A stretch of 32,000 nt of DNA. It comes from Wigglesworthia glossinidia endosymbiont of Glossina morsitans morsitans (Yale colony). GTDB taxonomy: Bacteria > Pseudomonadota > Gammaproteobacteria > Enterobacterales > Enterobacteriaceae. This document shows, one piece after another, positions 1 to 10,179 of this stretch (position 1 is its first letter; each line of letters starts with the position of its first letter). The translations under genes were made by a program, and so were the position numbers. A model generated the notes under the pieces. That model was not told where the DNA came from. It made no database searches and saw only the letters and a list, made by a program, of their open reading frames with translations. Location: positions 360,001-392,000 of the forward strand of contig NC_016893.1 of NCBI RefSeq assembly GCF_000247565.1. Direction: 5' to 3'.

Positions 1-376
1 ATCTATTCTTGACAGAACTAAGCACATTATGAACGTCGTAGTGAATCGAGAAATTGAAGTTTTAGAAACACATATTTCAACTTTAGGTAGTATTAGTGCT
101 ATTAGTCCATATATCGGATTACTCGGTACAGTTTGGGGTATTATGAACATATTTTATAAAATTAATGATTATACAAATTTTACGATACAATCAATTGCTC
201 CAGACATTTCAGATGCTTTAAGCACTACAGCTATGAGTTTATTTGTTGCAATACCAGCATTAATTTCATTCAATAAATTCAGTGTAAAATCAAATGTTAT
301 TGCTCAAAATTATCTAAATTTTTCTGAAGAATGCGCTGCAATTTTATATCGTAAAATAATTTCTAAAAAAGATTAA
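1..376 (+). CDS. tolQ: Tol-Pal system proton channel subunit TolQ, 5'-truncated by the window edge (open in frame from base 2)
   Basis: The frame is open upstream of the listed ORF start (SILDRTKHIMNVVVNREIEVLETH...). Recalled TolQ-like motifs ETHI..LGSIS..SPYIGLLGTVWGIM and AISDALSTTAMSLFVAIPA-type region; followed by tolR. Confidence 0.95.
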   Translation, partial: SILDRTKHIMNVVVNREIEVLETHISTLGSISAISPYIGLLGTVWGIMNIFYKINDYTNFTIQSIAPDISDALSTTAMSLFVAIPALISFNKFSVKSNVIAQNYLNFSEECAAILYRKIISKKD

Positions 377-398
377 CTTTTTTTAAAAATCTATTTAT

Positions 399-821
399 AT
401 GCGTAGAAAACTATACAAAAACGTTAAATTTGATATTAACATTATTCCATTAGTAGATGTTTTATTAGTGCTTATGTTAATCTTTATGATTTTTTCGCAA
501 GATTTTTTGCAAAAAATTACAGTTAATTTACCGAAAGAAAATTTTTATGATACACAAAATGAACAAATTGAAATTATTATTGAAATTTTAAATAAAAAAA
601 AATATAACTTATTAACACAAAAAAATAAAGAATATAATTTAAATTTGCAACAATTAAGTATCGCAATAAAAAATAAATTTTTAAATAACCCACGAATAAA
701 AATTTTTATAGGCGGAGAAAAAAGTATTCCATACGAAGAAATTATAAAAATTATTAGTGTTTTAAATAAGATTGGAGTGCAATCTATTGGATTAATTGCT
801 CAATCTGATTTAATTCATTAA
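399..821 (+). CDS. tolR: Tol-Pal system protein TolR (ExbD/TolR family)
   Basis: N-terminal DINIIPLVDVLLVLMLIFMIF motif typical of ExbD/TolR; position between tolQ and tolA. Confidence 0.95.
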   Translation: MRRKLYKNVKFDINIIPLVDVLLVLMLIFMIFSQDFLQKITVNLPKENFYDTQNEQIEIIIEILNKKKYNLLTQKNKEYNLNLQQLSIAIKNKFLNNPRIKIFIGGEKSIPYEEIIKIISVLNKIGVQSIGLIAQSDLIH

Positions 822-871
822 TATTTTTTTAAAAATTAAACAAAAAAAGTAAATTTAAGGTTATAATTACT

Positions 872-1624
872 GTGAAAACATCTAATTATAGAAATAAAAA
901 TGCTAAGCTAGCGATATATTTATCGATATTTTTACACGTAATATTTATTTTATGTTTATATTTAACAGTATCTTTTACAAAAAGAAATATTAAAAATTTT
1001 TACCAAATTAATACTTTACATAAAAAAATTATAGATTCAAAAGAAAAAAATTTTTTTCAAAAAAAAATTAAAATAAATAATCAAGAGCAACTTATAAAGT
1101 TTTATTATCAAACATTAAAATTACCTGAAAATAAAAAAAATATAATCGATAAAAATTTTTCAAATAAAATAGAAAATAAAAATCAAACACTAAAAGTACA
1201 TGATACACAAATTAATCAAAAAAAAAACATAAAAAATAAACTTAAAAATAATTTTCTGTCAAAAAAATCGACAAACATTATAGACAACACAATTGAAAAT
1301 TTAAACAATACAGTACATAATAATCATGTTATTTATAATCAAAATTATACATTATCTTCTGAAATAGAAACATATAAAGAAGCGATAAAACAATCTATTA
1401 AAAATAAACTATATGACTACAACACATTTATAGGAAAAGTATGCGAATTAAATTTAGAAATTTATTCAAGTGGATCAATTAAATCAATTCGTATGATTAG
1501 CGGAGATGAATCACTATGTTATGCTGCAATTACATCTGCAAAATTAGCACGAATTCCTCCGGCACCTAATTTAGAAATTTATAAAATAGCAAAAAAAATA
1601 ACTTTGCGATTTTCTCCTGAATAG
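872..1624 (+). CDS. tolA: Cell envelope integrity protein TolA with shortened central domain; GTG start
   Basis: N-terminal TM anchor, Lys/Asn-rich middle, C-terminal GKVCELNLEIYSSGSIKSIRMISGDESLCYAAITSAKLARIPPAP resembling TolA domain III; gene order. Confidence 0.9.
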   Translation: MKTSNYRNKNAKLAIYLSIFLHVIFILCLYLTVSFTKRNIKNFYQINTLHKKIIDSKEKNFFQKKIKINNQEQLIKFYYQTLKLPENKKNIIDKNFSNKIENKNQTLKVHDTQINQKKNIKNKLKNNFLSKKSTNIIDNTIENLNNTVHNNHVIYNQNYTLSSEIETYKEAIKQSIKNKLYDYNTFIGKVCELNLEIYSSGSIKSIRMISGDESLCYAAITSAKLARIPPAPNLEIYKIAKKITLRFSPE

Positions 1625-1733
1625 TAAAATATAAATTTTAAAAATTTCATTTTAAAAATATTAATACTAAAACTGTTATTTTAAAATAAATCAATGTACA
1701 ATAAATACCTAAAAGGATCTAAAATAAATATAA

Positions 1734-3041
1734 ATGAATAAATTGTTATTAATATTTTATAGTATTTTTTTTTGTAATTCTATATTATATGCAAATATTC
1801 ATATCGATATTAATCGAGGCATAGATGTATCAACGCCAATTGGAATTTCTTCTTTCAGATGGATAGATAATCGCTCAAATAATGAATTAGAAAATATCGC
1901 AAAAGTTATTGCATGTGATCTTCAAAATAGCGGAAAATTTTCATCAATAATAATACCGGAAAAAAATAAAGAATATTCCAAGTTATTTACTCAAAAAAAT
2001 TTTAATTTTTCTAGTATTGCTCAAGAATTAAACATTAACACGATTTTAATAGGCAAAATATCATTAAATAAAAAAAACGAATATTTGATTTCGTATAAGT
2101 TAATAGATCTAGTGAATATTCCAGGTAAAATTTTGTTAAATAGTTATCGTACAGCTCAGATACAATCATTTCGAAAAGTTGCACATGACATTAGTAATGA
2201 AATCTTTAAAAAATTAACCGGAATATCCGGAGTATTTCATACTCATATAACTTATATTATGCATAATAAAAAAAATGAATATCCGTATCAGTTATGTATT
2301 GCAGACTATGACGGATATAATCAAAAAATTATTCATCAATCACACATGCCTCTTATGTCCCCAGCTTGGTCTCCAGATGAAAAAAATATTGCATATGTAA
2401 CTTTTGAGCATGGAAATTCTGCAATAAAAATAAAAAATATCCAAAATGGCGCTATTAAACATATAGCAAGTTTCCCATATCATAATGGCGCTCCTTCATT
2501 TTCTCCAGATGGAGAAAAATTAGCGTTTGTTCTTTCAAAAACAGGCAGTTTAAATTTATATGTTATGTTTCTTAAATCAGGATTAATTAAACAAATTACA
2601 AACAATCACAACAACAATACAGAACCTAGTTGGTTTCCAGATAATTATTCATTAGCATATACTTCGGATCAAAACGGAAGTCCACAAATTTATAAAATTA
2701 ATATTCAAGATGGAAAATCTCATAGACTTTCTTGGGAAGGTTCAAAAAATCAAAATGCAGAAGTTAGTTCAGACGGAAGCTTCTTAGCCATGGTAAATTC
2801 AGAAAGAAAAGAACAACACATTGCATTGTTAAATTTAAAATTAGAAAATATGCATATTTTAACTAAAACATTTTTAGACGAAGCGCCAAGTATTTCTCCA
2901 AACAACACTATGATAATTTACAAAACATCTTATAGTAGTAATTCCTTAATAGAATTAATTTCTACTAACGGACGTTTTAAAAAAACAATTTTAAAAATTG
3001 ACGGACAAATAAAATTTCCTAGATGGTCGCAAAAAATATAA
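1734..3041 (+). CDS. tolB: Tol-Pal system beta-propeller protein TolB
   Basis: Signal-like N-terminus followed by IDINRGIDVSTPIGISSF; repeated propeller motifs (SPAWSPDEKNIAYVTFE, SFSPDGEKLAFVLS, NTEPSWFPDNYSLAYTSDQ); gene order. Confidence 0.96.
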   Translation: MNKLLLIFYSIFFCNSILYANIHIDINRGIDVSTPIGISSFRWIDNRSNNELENIAKVIACDLQNSGKFSSIIIPEKNKEYSKLFTQKNFNFSSIAQELNINTILIGKISLNKKNEYLISYKLIDLVNIPGKILLNSYRTAQIQSFRKVAHDISNEIFKKLTGISGVFHTHITYIMHNKKNEYPYQLCIADYDGYNQKIIHQSHMPLMSPAWSPDEKNIAYVTFEHGNSAIKIKNIQNGAIKHIASFPYHNGAPSFSPDGEKLAFVLSKTGSLNLYVMFLKSGLIKQITNNHNNNTEPSWFPDNYSLAYTSDQNGSPQIYKINIQDGKSHRLSWEGSKNQNAEVSSDGSFLAMVNSERKEQHIALLNLKLENMHILTKTFLDEAPSISPNNTMIIYKTSYSSNSLIELISTNGRFKKTILKIDGQIKFPRWSQKI

Positions 3042-3080
3042 CATTAATACTCACCAAAACATTACTAACAAGGAATTAAA

Positions 3081-3596
3081 ATGAAATTAAATTTAATATC
3101 AAAGAGTGTCTGGATACTTATCCCATTAATCACTATAGTATCTTGTACGTCTAAAAAAAATATTAAAAACATTGATGCTGCGTCGATTAACACTTCTGAA
3201 AATACGGATACAAACATGAATAGCACTGGATCTTTAGATTCATTAGATAGTGTTAATGCACAAGAATTACAGCAAAATAATATTTTATATTTTGATTTAG
3301 ATAAATATAATATAAAAAATGAATTTACTCAAATATTAGATGCACATTCAGATTTTCTTAGAAACAATCCTTCTTACAAAATTATCATCGAAGGTCATGC
3401 TGATGAACGAGGTACCTCAGAATACAATATTGCCCTTGGAGAAAGAAGAGCAAAATCTGTTAAAGAATATTTGCAAAGTAAAGGTGTATTAGAAGAACAA
3501 ATGAAAGTAATATCTTATGGAAAAGAAAAACCTGCTGCATTAGGACACGATGAAATGACTTATGCAAAAAATCGTCGCGTCGTTTTAGCATATTAA
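3081..3596 (+). CDS. pal: Peptidoglycan-associated lipoprotein Pal
   Basis: Lipobox-like [17 protein letters not shown], OmpA-like [26 protein letters not shown]; SD-like aaggaa upstream. Confidence 0.97.
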   Translation: MKLNLISKSVWILIPLITIVSCTSKKNIKNIDAASINTSENTDTNMNSTGSLDSLDSVNAQELQQNNILYFDLDKYNIKNEFTQILDAHSDFLRNNPSYKIIIEGHADERGTSEYNIALGERRAKSVKEYLQSKGVLEEQMKVISYGKEKPAALGHDEMTYAKNRRVVLAY

Positions 3597-3613
3597 TTTA
3601 ATCAAGTGTTATA

Positions 3614-4377
3614 ATGTTAATTAAATATTTTAAAAATATTACATACTACTTTTTGTTTTTTATAGCAGTAGTAATTTGTAAAGTTACTACTGCAAAAGTA
3701 GAAATAAAAAGTGCTGTTCCGGTAGTAGAAGATCGGATTACAAAAATTAATCGATTGTTTATATATCACATTCACAATTGTTTCAACAAATACAAAAAAA
3801 GATTAACGATAATCAAAATGATTTAGAAAAACTTAGAGAACAAATGCAAGAAAATCAATATTCACTATCAAAATTAATTAAGCAGCAAAATGATTTTCAA
3901 AATCAAATAGATAAAATTATTAAAGATTATGAAAATATTAAAACTCATAATTTAAATAAAAAAAATACAAATAAAAAAAATAATATTATTTCTTCTCAAA
4001 TCTCTTCAGATCGTATAGATTATAATGAAGCAATAAATTTAGCTTTTAATAAAAAAAAATATAGTGATGCAATTAACAAATTAAAACTCTTTATGACTAA
4101 ATATCCATCTTCCAACTATCGTCCTAATGCACAATATTGGATAGGACAAATTTATTACGTTACCGGTAATAGCAATGATGCTATATATAATTTTGCATCT
4201 GTTGTACAGAACTTCCCGAACTTTCAAAAAGTTCCGGACGCATTATTGAAGATTGGAATTTTAGCTCAAAAAGATCATCAAAATGATAAAGCAAAAAAAA
4301 TTTATAATAAAATTATTGAATTTTATCCTAACGATATAGCAGCGATAGAAGCAAAAAAAAGATTAAAAAAAATATAA
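3614..4377 (+). pseudogene. cpoB: Cell division coordinator CpoB (YbgF), split over two frames (3614..3826 and the frame of 3778..4377); frameshifted gene, sequencing error or recoded gene
   Basis: Frame 1 ends with VEDRITKINRL, matching the CpoB coiled-coil start. The other frame resumes with HSQLFQQIQKKINDNQNDLEKLREQMQENQYSL and then TPR motifs (YWIGQIYYVTGNSNDAIYNFASVVQNFPNF). Follows pal. Confidence 0.85.
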
Positions 4378-4433
4378 TATAAAAAATTTACTTATATAAA
4401 AAAAAATTTATATTTTAAAATTAAATTTTACAA

Positions 4434-4506
4434 GGGTCGTTAGCTCAGTTGGTAGAGCAGTTGACTTTTAATCAATTGGTCGCAGGTTCGAATCCTGCAC
4501 GACCCA
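4434..4506 (+). tRNA. tRNA-Lys (anticodon TTT)
   Basis: Acceptor GGGTCGT/ACGACCC, D-arm TAGCTCAGTTGGTAGAGCA, anticodon arm TTGACTTTTAATCAA, T-arm GCAGGTTCGAATCCTGC; 73 nt, no encoded CCA. Same place as E. coli lysT after cpoB. Confidence 0.96.
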
Positions 4507-4632
4507 GGAATTTTTATTATCCATGACTCAAGTATTTTATATATTCAACGATTCTGCTTAATAAGAATGAAATTTTTTTCAAAAACTTAAATTATTTTTG
4601 ATAAAACAATTAAATACGTTTTCATATGAGAT

Positions 4633-5547
4633 ATGGAAAAAAAATTAAATATTTTTAAAAAAAACTTGTTTTCTATTCAAGATATATTAAATTGGACAGT
4701 AAAAAAATTTAATAAAAATAATATATTTTATGGACATGGAACGAATAATTCCTGGGACGAAGCATTGCAATTAATATTGCCAAGTATTTTATTATCTATT
4801 TATTCATCTAAAAAAGTATTGAATTATCAACTTAATAATATAGAAAAAAAAAATATTTTATATAAAATTCAAAAACGTGTTCAAAAAAGAATTCCTGTTC
4901 CTTATTTAACGCATAAATCTTGGTTATGTGAAACAGAATTTTATATTGATGCACGGGCAGTTATACCTCGATCACCTATAGCAGAATTAATCTGTGATAA
5001 TTTTAGAGATCTGATAAAAATTTATCCTAAAAATATTCTTGATTTATGTACCGGAAGTGGATGTTTAGCAATTATTTCTGCTAAAAAATATCCCAAAGCA
5101 AATGTAGATGCAAGTGATTATTCAATTCCAGCACTAAATGTAGCTGAGATCAATATAAAAAAACATAATTTAGAAAATAAAATAAAATTAATTACATCTA
5201 ATTTATTTGAAAATATTGTTCCAAAAAAAAAATATGATGTAATTATTACTAATCCACCATATGTAAATAAAAAATTAATGTCTAATTTGCCTAAAGAATT
5301 TTCATATGAACCCAAAATAGGTTTATTTGGAGGTATGGACGGATTGCAATATATTCGTAAAATATTGCATTCTGCAGTGCATTTTTTATCCGAAAACGGT
5401 ATTTTAGTATGCGAAGTAGGATACAATATGATGACTCTTATGAAAGAGTACAAAAATATTCCATTTTTGTGGATTGACTGTATAGATGATGCAGTAGGAG
5501 TATTTGTGTTAACTAAAGAAGAATTAAAAAAAATAAAATTTATTTAA
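4633..5547 (+). CDS. prmB: 50S ribosomal protein L3 N(5)-glutamine methyltransferase
   Basis: YGHGTNNSWDEALQLILPS, VIPRSPIAELI, LDLCTGSGCLAI, IITNPPYVNKK; directly upstream of aroC as in E. coli. Confidence 0.94.
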   Translation: MEKKLNIFKKNLFSIQDILNWTVKKFNKNNIFYGHGTNNSWDEALQLILPSILLSIYSSKKVLNYQLNNIEKKNILYKIQKRVQKRIPVPYLTHKSWLCETEFYIDARAVIPRSPIAELICDNFRDLIKIYPKNILDLCTGSGCLAIISAKKYPKANVDASDYSIPALNVAEINIKKHNLENKIKLITSNLFENIVPKKKYDVIITNPPYVNKKLMSNLPKEFSYEPKIGLFGGMDGLQYIRKILHSAVHFLSENGILVCEVGYNMMTLMKEYKNIPFLWIDCIDDAVGVFVLTKEELKKIKFI

Positions 5548-5587
5548 CAATACATATGTTTAAGCTAGAAAATTAAATATTAATAAT

Positions 5588-6643
5588 ATGTCAGGGAATA
5601 GTATTGGAACAATTTTACGTCTTACTACGTTTGGAGAATCTCATGGCATAGCTATCGGAGGTATTCTAGATGGAGTACCGCCTAAAATTCCTATTTCTAA
5701 AAAAGAAATACAAAAAGAACTAAATAAAAGACGTCCCGGATCTAAACATACCTCAGAAAGAAAAGAAAAAGATCTGATTGAAATTTTTTCCGGCATATTT
5801 CATGGATACACTACCGGAACAAGTATCGGATTAATAATCAAAAATCAAGATCATAAACCGAAAGATTATGTCAATTTAAAAAATATATATCGCCCAAATC
5901 ATGCAGATTTTTCTTATTTTAAAAAATATGGAATTCGAGATTATCGCGGTGGAGGACGAGCATCAGCAAGAGAAACTGCAATTAGAGTAGCAGCAGGAGC
6001 CATTGCAAAAAAATATTTATATCAAAAATATAATTTAAGAATTATTGGATTTTTAAAGCAAATAGGTGATATTAAATGCAATACTATAGATTTAAATCGA
6101 GTTACAAAAAATAAACTGTTTTGTCCAGACTATGATTGTTTGCCTTTAATAATAAATCTTATAAAAAATTTAAAAAAACAAGGAGACTCAATTGGTGCTA
6201 AAATTGGCATTTTTGTAGAAAATGTACCTATAGGATTAGGAGAACCAATATTTGATAAATTAGACGCAGAACTTGCACATTCATTAATGAGTATTAATGC
6301 AGTGAAAGGTATTGAAATTGGCGACGGTTTTAAATGTGTTAATCAGTATGGTAGTAAAAGTTATGATGAAATTACACCGCAAGGCTTTAAAAGTAATCAT
6401 TGCGGAGGAATTTTAGGTGGAATTAGTACGGGACAAAATATTTTGATTTCTCTTGCCATTAAACCTGCTTCTAGTATTAGTATTCCAATAAAAACTATCA
6501 ATATATATGGTAATCGTACGGTAATTCGTACACGCGGGCGTCATGATCCGTGTATTGGGATAAGAGCTATACCAGTTTCAGAAGCTATGGTTGCGCTAAC
6601 TTTAATGGATCACGATTTAAGAAATAAAGCACAGTGTAAATAA
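5588..6643 (+). CDS. aroC: Chorismate synthase
   Basis: [75 protein letters not shown]. Confidence 0.97.
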   Translation: MSGNSIGTILRLTTFGESHGIAIGGILDGVPPKIPISKKEIQKELNKRRPGSKHTSERKEKDLIEIFSGIFHGYTTGTSIGLIIKNQDHKPKDYVNLKNIYRPNHADFSYFKKYGIRDYRGGGRASARETAIRVAAGAIAKKYLYQKYNLRIIGFLKQIGDIKCNTIDLNRVTKNKLFCPDYDCLPLIINLIKNLKKQGDSIGAKIGIFVENVPIGLGEPIFDKLDAELAHSLMSINAVKGIEIGDGFKCVNQYGSKSYDEITPQGFKSNHCGGILGGISTGQNILISLAIKPASSISIPIKTINIYGNRTVIRTRGRHDPCIGIRAIPVSEAMVALTLMDHDLRNKAQCK

Positions 6644-6780
6644 TAAGAATTTTACATTTTTTGAAAATTTAAATTATTTATTAACAAAAAAATTGTTTTC
6701 AAAATTTATTTGTTTATATTTTATATTTTAAATATATTATTAATCATAACATATTATTAGAATCATTGAAAAGGAATAAA

Positions 6781-7995
6781 ATGAAACGTGTTGTTGTGAC
6801 AGGATTGGGGTTACTTTCAAGTATTGGAAATAATTCTGTAGAAGTACTATCTTCTTTAAAAGAAGGAAAGTCTGGTATCACTTATTCTCAAGAATTAAAA
6901 AATTCAGGTATGCGTAGTAATATATGGGGTAACATTAAATTAGATATTTCTGAAAAAATAAATAGAAAAATTTCAAGATTTATGAGTGATGCATCTATTT
7001 ATGCATATTTATCTATGGAACAAGCTATTGCAGATGCACGTTTAACTAAAAATATGATTTCTAATAACCGTACCGGTTTAATTGTAGGTTCGGGTGGAGG
7101 TTCACCAAAAAATCAAGTCGCAGGATCAGACGCTATGAGAGCACGTGGATTACGTGGCGTAGGCCCATATATTGTAACTAAAGCAATGGCATCTGGCATT
7201 TCTGCATGTTTAGCAACTCCATTTAAGATAAGAGGAGTAAATTATTCTATTACTTCTGCATGTTCCACTTCAGCGCATTGCATAGGACATGCAATGGAAA
7301 TAATTAAATTTGGGAAACAAGATATAATTTTTGCTGGAGGCGGGGAAGAATTATGTTGGGAAATGGCGTGCGAATTTGATGCTATGGGGGCTTTATCAAC
7401 ACATTATAATTCTACTCCAAAACAAGCTTCTCGTGCCTATGATATCAATCGAGACGGATTTGTTATTTCTGGAGGAGGTGGCATAATTGTACTTGAAGAA
7501 TTAGAACATGCTTTATCTCGTAATGCATATATTTATGCAGAAATTATAGGATACGGAGCTACTTCAGATGGATCAGATATGGTGATCCCTTCTGGAGAAG
7601 GTGCTATGCGTTGCATGAAGATAGCATTAAAAAATGTAAATATACCAATAGATTATTTAAACACACATGGAACTTCAACAATAATTGGTGATATTAAAGA
7701 ACTATGGGCGATTCGAAAAACTTTCAAAAATAATAAGCCTATGTTATCTTCTACTAAATCTATGACAGGGCATTCTTTAGGAGCAGCAGGCGTGCACGAA
7801 ATAATATTTTCAATACTCATGTTAAACAATAATTTTATTGCTCCTAGTATTAACATTGAAAATTTAGATAAAGAAGCTCTAGATATGAACATAATTACTA
7901 AATATTTAAAATGTGATCTTAATACTGTCATGAGTAATAGTTTTGGTTTCGGCGGTACTAATGCAAGTTTAGTACTAAAAAAATATAAAAATTGA
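6781..7995 (+). CDS. fabB: 3-oxoacyl-ACP synthase I (FabB); start placed at ATG 6781 rather than the listed TTG at 6766
   Basis: [19 protein letters not shown]-terminus, [67 protein letters not shown]; SD-like aaagga before 6781. Confidence 0.96.
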   Translation: MKRVVVTGLGLLSSIGNNSVEVLSSLKEGKSGITYSQELKNSGMRSNIWGNIKLDISEKINRKISRFMSDASIYAYLSMEQAIADARLTKNMISNNRTGLIVGSGGGSPKNQVAGSDAMRARGLRGVGPYIVTKAMASGISACLATPFKIRGVNYSITSACSTSAHCIGHAMEIIKFGKQDIIFAGGGEELCWEMACEFDAMGALSTHYNSTPKQASRAYDINRDGFVISGGGGIIVLEELEHALSRNAYIYAEIIGYGATSDGSDMVIPSGEGAMRCMKIALKNVNIPIDYLNTHGTSTIIGDIKELWAIRKTFKNNKPMLSSTKSMTGHSLGAAGVHEIIFSILMLNNNFIAPSINIENLDKEALDMNIITKYLKCDLNTVMSNSFGFGGTNASLVLKKYKN

Positions 7996-8823
7996 TTTAT
8001 CTAAAATTATTTGATCTTGATGAAAAATTATTTTTAATAAAATATTTATTTATTAAATAGTACAACAATCTTTTTTATAAAGATATTCAAAATTTCTTAT
8101 ACAAGAAACAATATTTATTGTTTACAAATTTAATTTTGTTTATTTTAAATTTTTTCAAAAAATTTTAAATTTTATTTAAATAACAAAAATATCTATTCTT
8201 TAACAAAGAAGAAATAATATAAAAATTGAAAATTTTAAATTGTTTATTTTTTAATATTTATGCCAATTTTTAATTAATAAAATTATTTTTATACCAATTA
8301 AAAAATTAAATTTTTCACTTCTTATAAAGAATTTAAAAAAATTAATTTTTAAAAATATTTATTTTCAAAAAAATTATAAATTATTTTTTAAATTCAAAAA
8401 AAATTTTACTATTAAAAAATAAAATTATAAAAATTTTTTTTATTAAAAATATTTAAAAATAAAAATTATAAAACTAAAATATTTTATTTTTTTTATTAAA
8501 AAATATATATAAAAAAAATAAATAAAATAAAAAATAGATTTTTTTAAAATTATAATTAATAAATTTTCGTAAATGTTTTGAACATATATCATATTAGTGT
8601 TTAATTTATTTATTAAAATTGAAAATATATTAATATTATCTTATATAGATAATCACTTTATTTTAAGATAAATTTAATTTTTTTTAACTAAAAAAATAAT
8701 TTTAATTCATTTTTATTTAAAAAATTGATAATTAAAACAATTTTTTTTTAAATAAAATCTATGCTAAAAAATAATACTTAATATATAAAATTAACTAAAT
8801 AATATTTAAAAAGAGATAAAATA

Positions 8824-9249
8824 ATGAATAAATCAAGCGATATATCAGTTATGGTAGAATCATTATCACGTATTTATCATCGATTAAGAAAAGAAGTAAA
8901 TGGTCAATTAGTTACTGAAGGTCTATCAATGTCAAAAATGAAAATTTTACATCTTATTACTACTGGAAAAACTAGCGCAACTGACATTAAGAATTATATG
9001 GGATTTTCTTCGCGTACAGTTGTCACTGTTTTAGATGCATTAGAAAAAGAAGAAATGTTAAAAAGACAACAAAGTCCTACGGATAGAAGAGTCAAATACG
9101 TATACATTACGGAAAAAGGTTTAGAAAAGTTAAAAATCGCCGAACATACTCATAAAATTATTTTGAATCGAATTTTTTCTCCATTATCTCCAATTCAATT
9201 AGAACAATTTAGAGAAGTTTGTGACACTTTAGAATCTCGAAAACAATAG
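8824..9249 (+). CDS. MarR-family winged-helix transcriptional regulator
   Basis: MarR-type architecture: SRIYHRLRKEV...LSMSKMKILHLI...TSATDIKNYMGFSSRTVVTVLDALEKEEMLKRQQSPTDRRVKYVYITEKGLEKL. I do not recognise it as SlyA or MarR itself. Confidence 0.85.
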   Translation: MNKSSDISVMVESLSRIYHRLRKEVNGQLVTEGLSMSKMKILHLITTGKTSATDIKNYMGFSSRTVVTVLDALEKEEMLKRQQSPTDRRVKYVYITEKGLEKLKIAEHTHKIILNRIFSPLSPIQLEQFREVCDTLESRKQ

Positions 9250-9378
9250 TAAATTTAATATTTTAAAAAAAATAATTTTTTATTATATTTAACTTATATT
9301 TTTTATCAAAAAATAGATATTTTTTGATTTTAATAATATAAAATAACTTATTAAAAATTTTTTATGCATACTAATAAA

Positions 9379-9410
9379 ACGAGCGGTCAACTTAAAAAAT
9401 GAACGCTCGT
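9379..9410. repeat. Inverted repeat/hairpin in the MarR-family gene to gmk spacer
   Basis: ACGAGCG-G-TCA-ACTTAAAAAA-TGA-A-CGCTCGT: 7-bp stem, one mismatch, 3-bp stem, 10-nt loop; locally GC-rich in an AT-rich spacer. Confidence 0.8.
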
Positions 9411-9495
9411 AAAATAAAAAAATAAATTATCTTTTTTTATAAAATATTATATAAAATATACTATTATAAACTCATTGTTCTATTCTTTTTTTTAT

Positions 9496-10131
9496 ATGTT
9501 GAAAAATATATCTTTTATTATAAGCGCACCAAGTGGTACTGGAAAATCAAGTTTAATTCAATCTTTTTTAAAAACAAATTTAGGACATAATTTTAGATTA
9601 ATAACATCATATACTACGAGAAATATACGTTCCGAAGAAATTCACGGAAAAGATTACTTCTTTATATCAAAAAGCAATTTTAAAAAAATGATTATCGAAA
9701 AAAATTTTTTAGAATATACTTATATATTTGGAAATTATTATGGAACACCTTTAAAAAATGTTAATAATCAAATAAATAACGGATTTCATATATTATTTGA
9801 TACTGATTTTTATGGAATGCAAAAAATTAAGCAATATATTCCTACTTCTATTAGCGTGTTTATATTACCCCCATCTCTTCAAGAGTTAGAAAATAGATTA
9901 AAAAATAGAAATAATAAAAAAGAAATAAAAAAATATACAAACTTAAAAATTCGTATTAATCAAGCAAAAATTGATGTACAGTTTTGTAACAAATATGATT
10001 TCATCTTAGTAAATGAAAATTTTAATCAAACTTTAAACGATTTTAAATGTATTATTTCTATAAAAAAATTTCAACTTTTGAAATATAAACAGTATATTAA
10101 AAATATAATAAATCAAATATTGAAAAATTAA
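9496..10131 (+). CDS. gmk: Guanylate kinase; start placed at ATG 9496 (listed ORF uses an upstream TTG at 9475)
   Basis: FIISAPSGTGKSSLIQSFLKT (P-loop), TTRNIRSEEIHGKDYFFIS, FGNYYGTPLKNV, SIFILPPS-like VFILPPSLQELENRL; followed by rpoZ. Confidence 0.95.
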   Translation: MLKNISFIISAPSGTGKSSLIQSFLKTNLGHNFRLITSYTTRNIRSEEIHGKDYFFISKSNFKKMIIEKNFLEYTYIFGNYYGTPLKNVNNQINNGFHILFDTDFYGMQKIKQYIPTSISVFILPPSLQELENRLKNRNNKKEIKKYTNLKIRINQAKIDVQFCNKYDFILVNENFNQTLNDFKCIISIKKFQLLKYKQYIKNIINQILKN

Positions 10132-10179
10132 TTTTTTTTTTTTAAAATTAAACTTTATTCAGGAAATTTTTAAATTCTC

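Noticed and set aside
5118-5453. Minus-strand ORF of 111 aa inside prmB
   Set aside because: Fully antisense to a well-supported CDS, no family resemblance.
7653-7931. Minus-strand ORF of 92 aa inside fabB
   Set aside because: Antisense to conserved FabB C-terminus; no independent signal.
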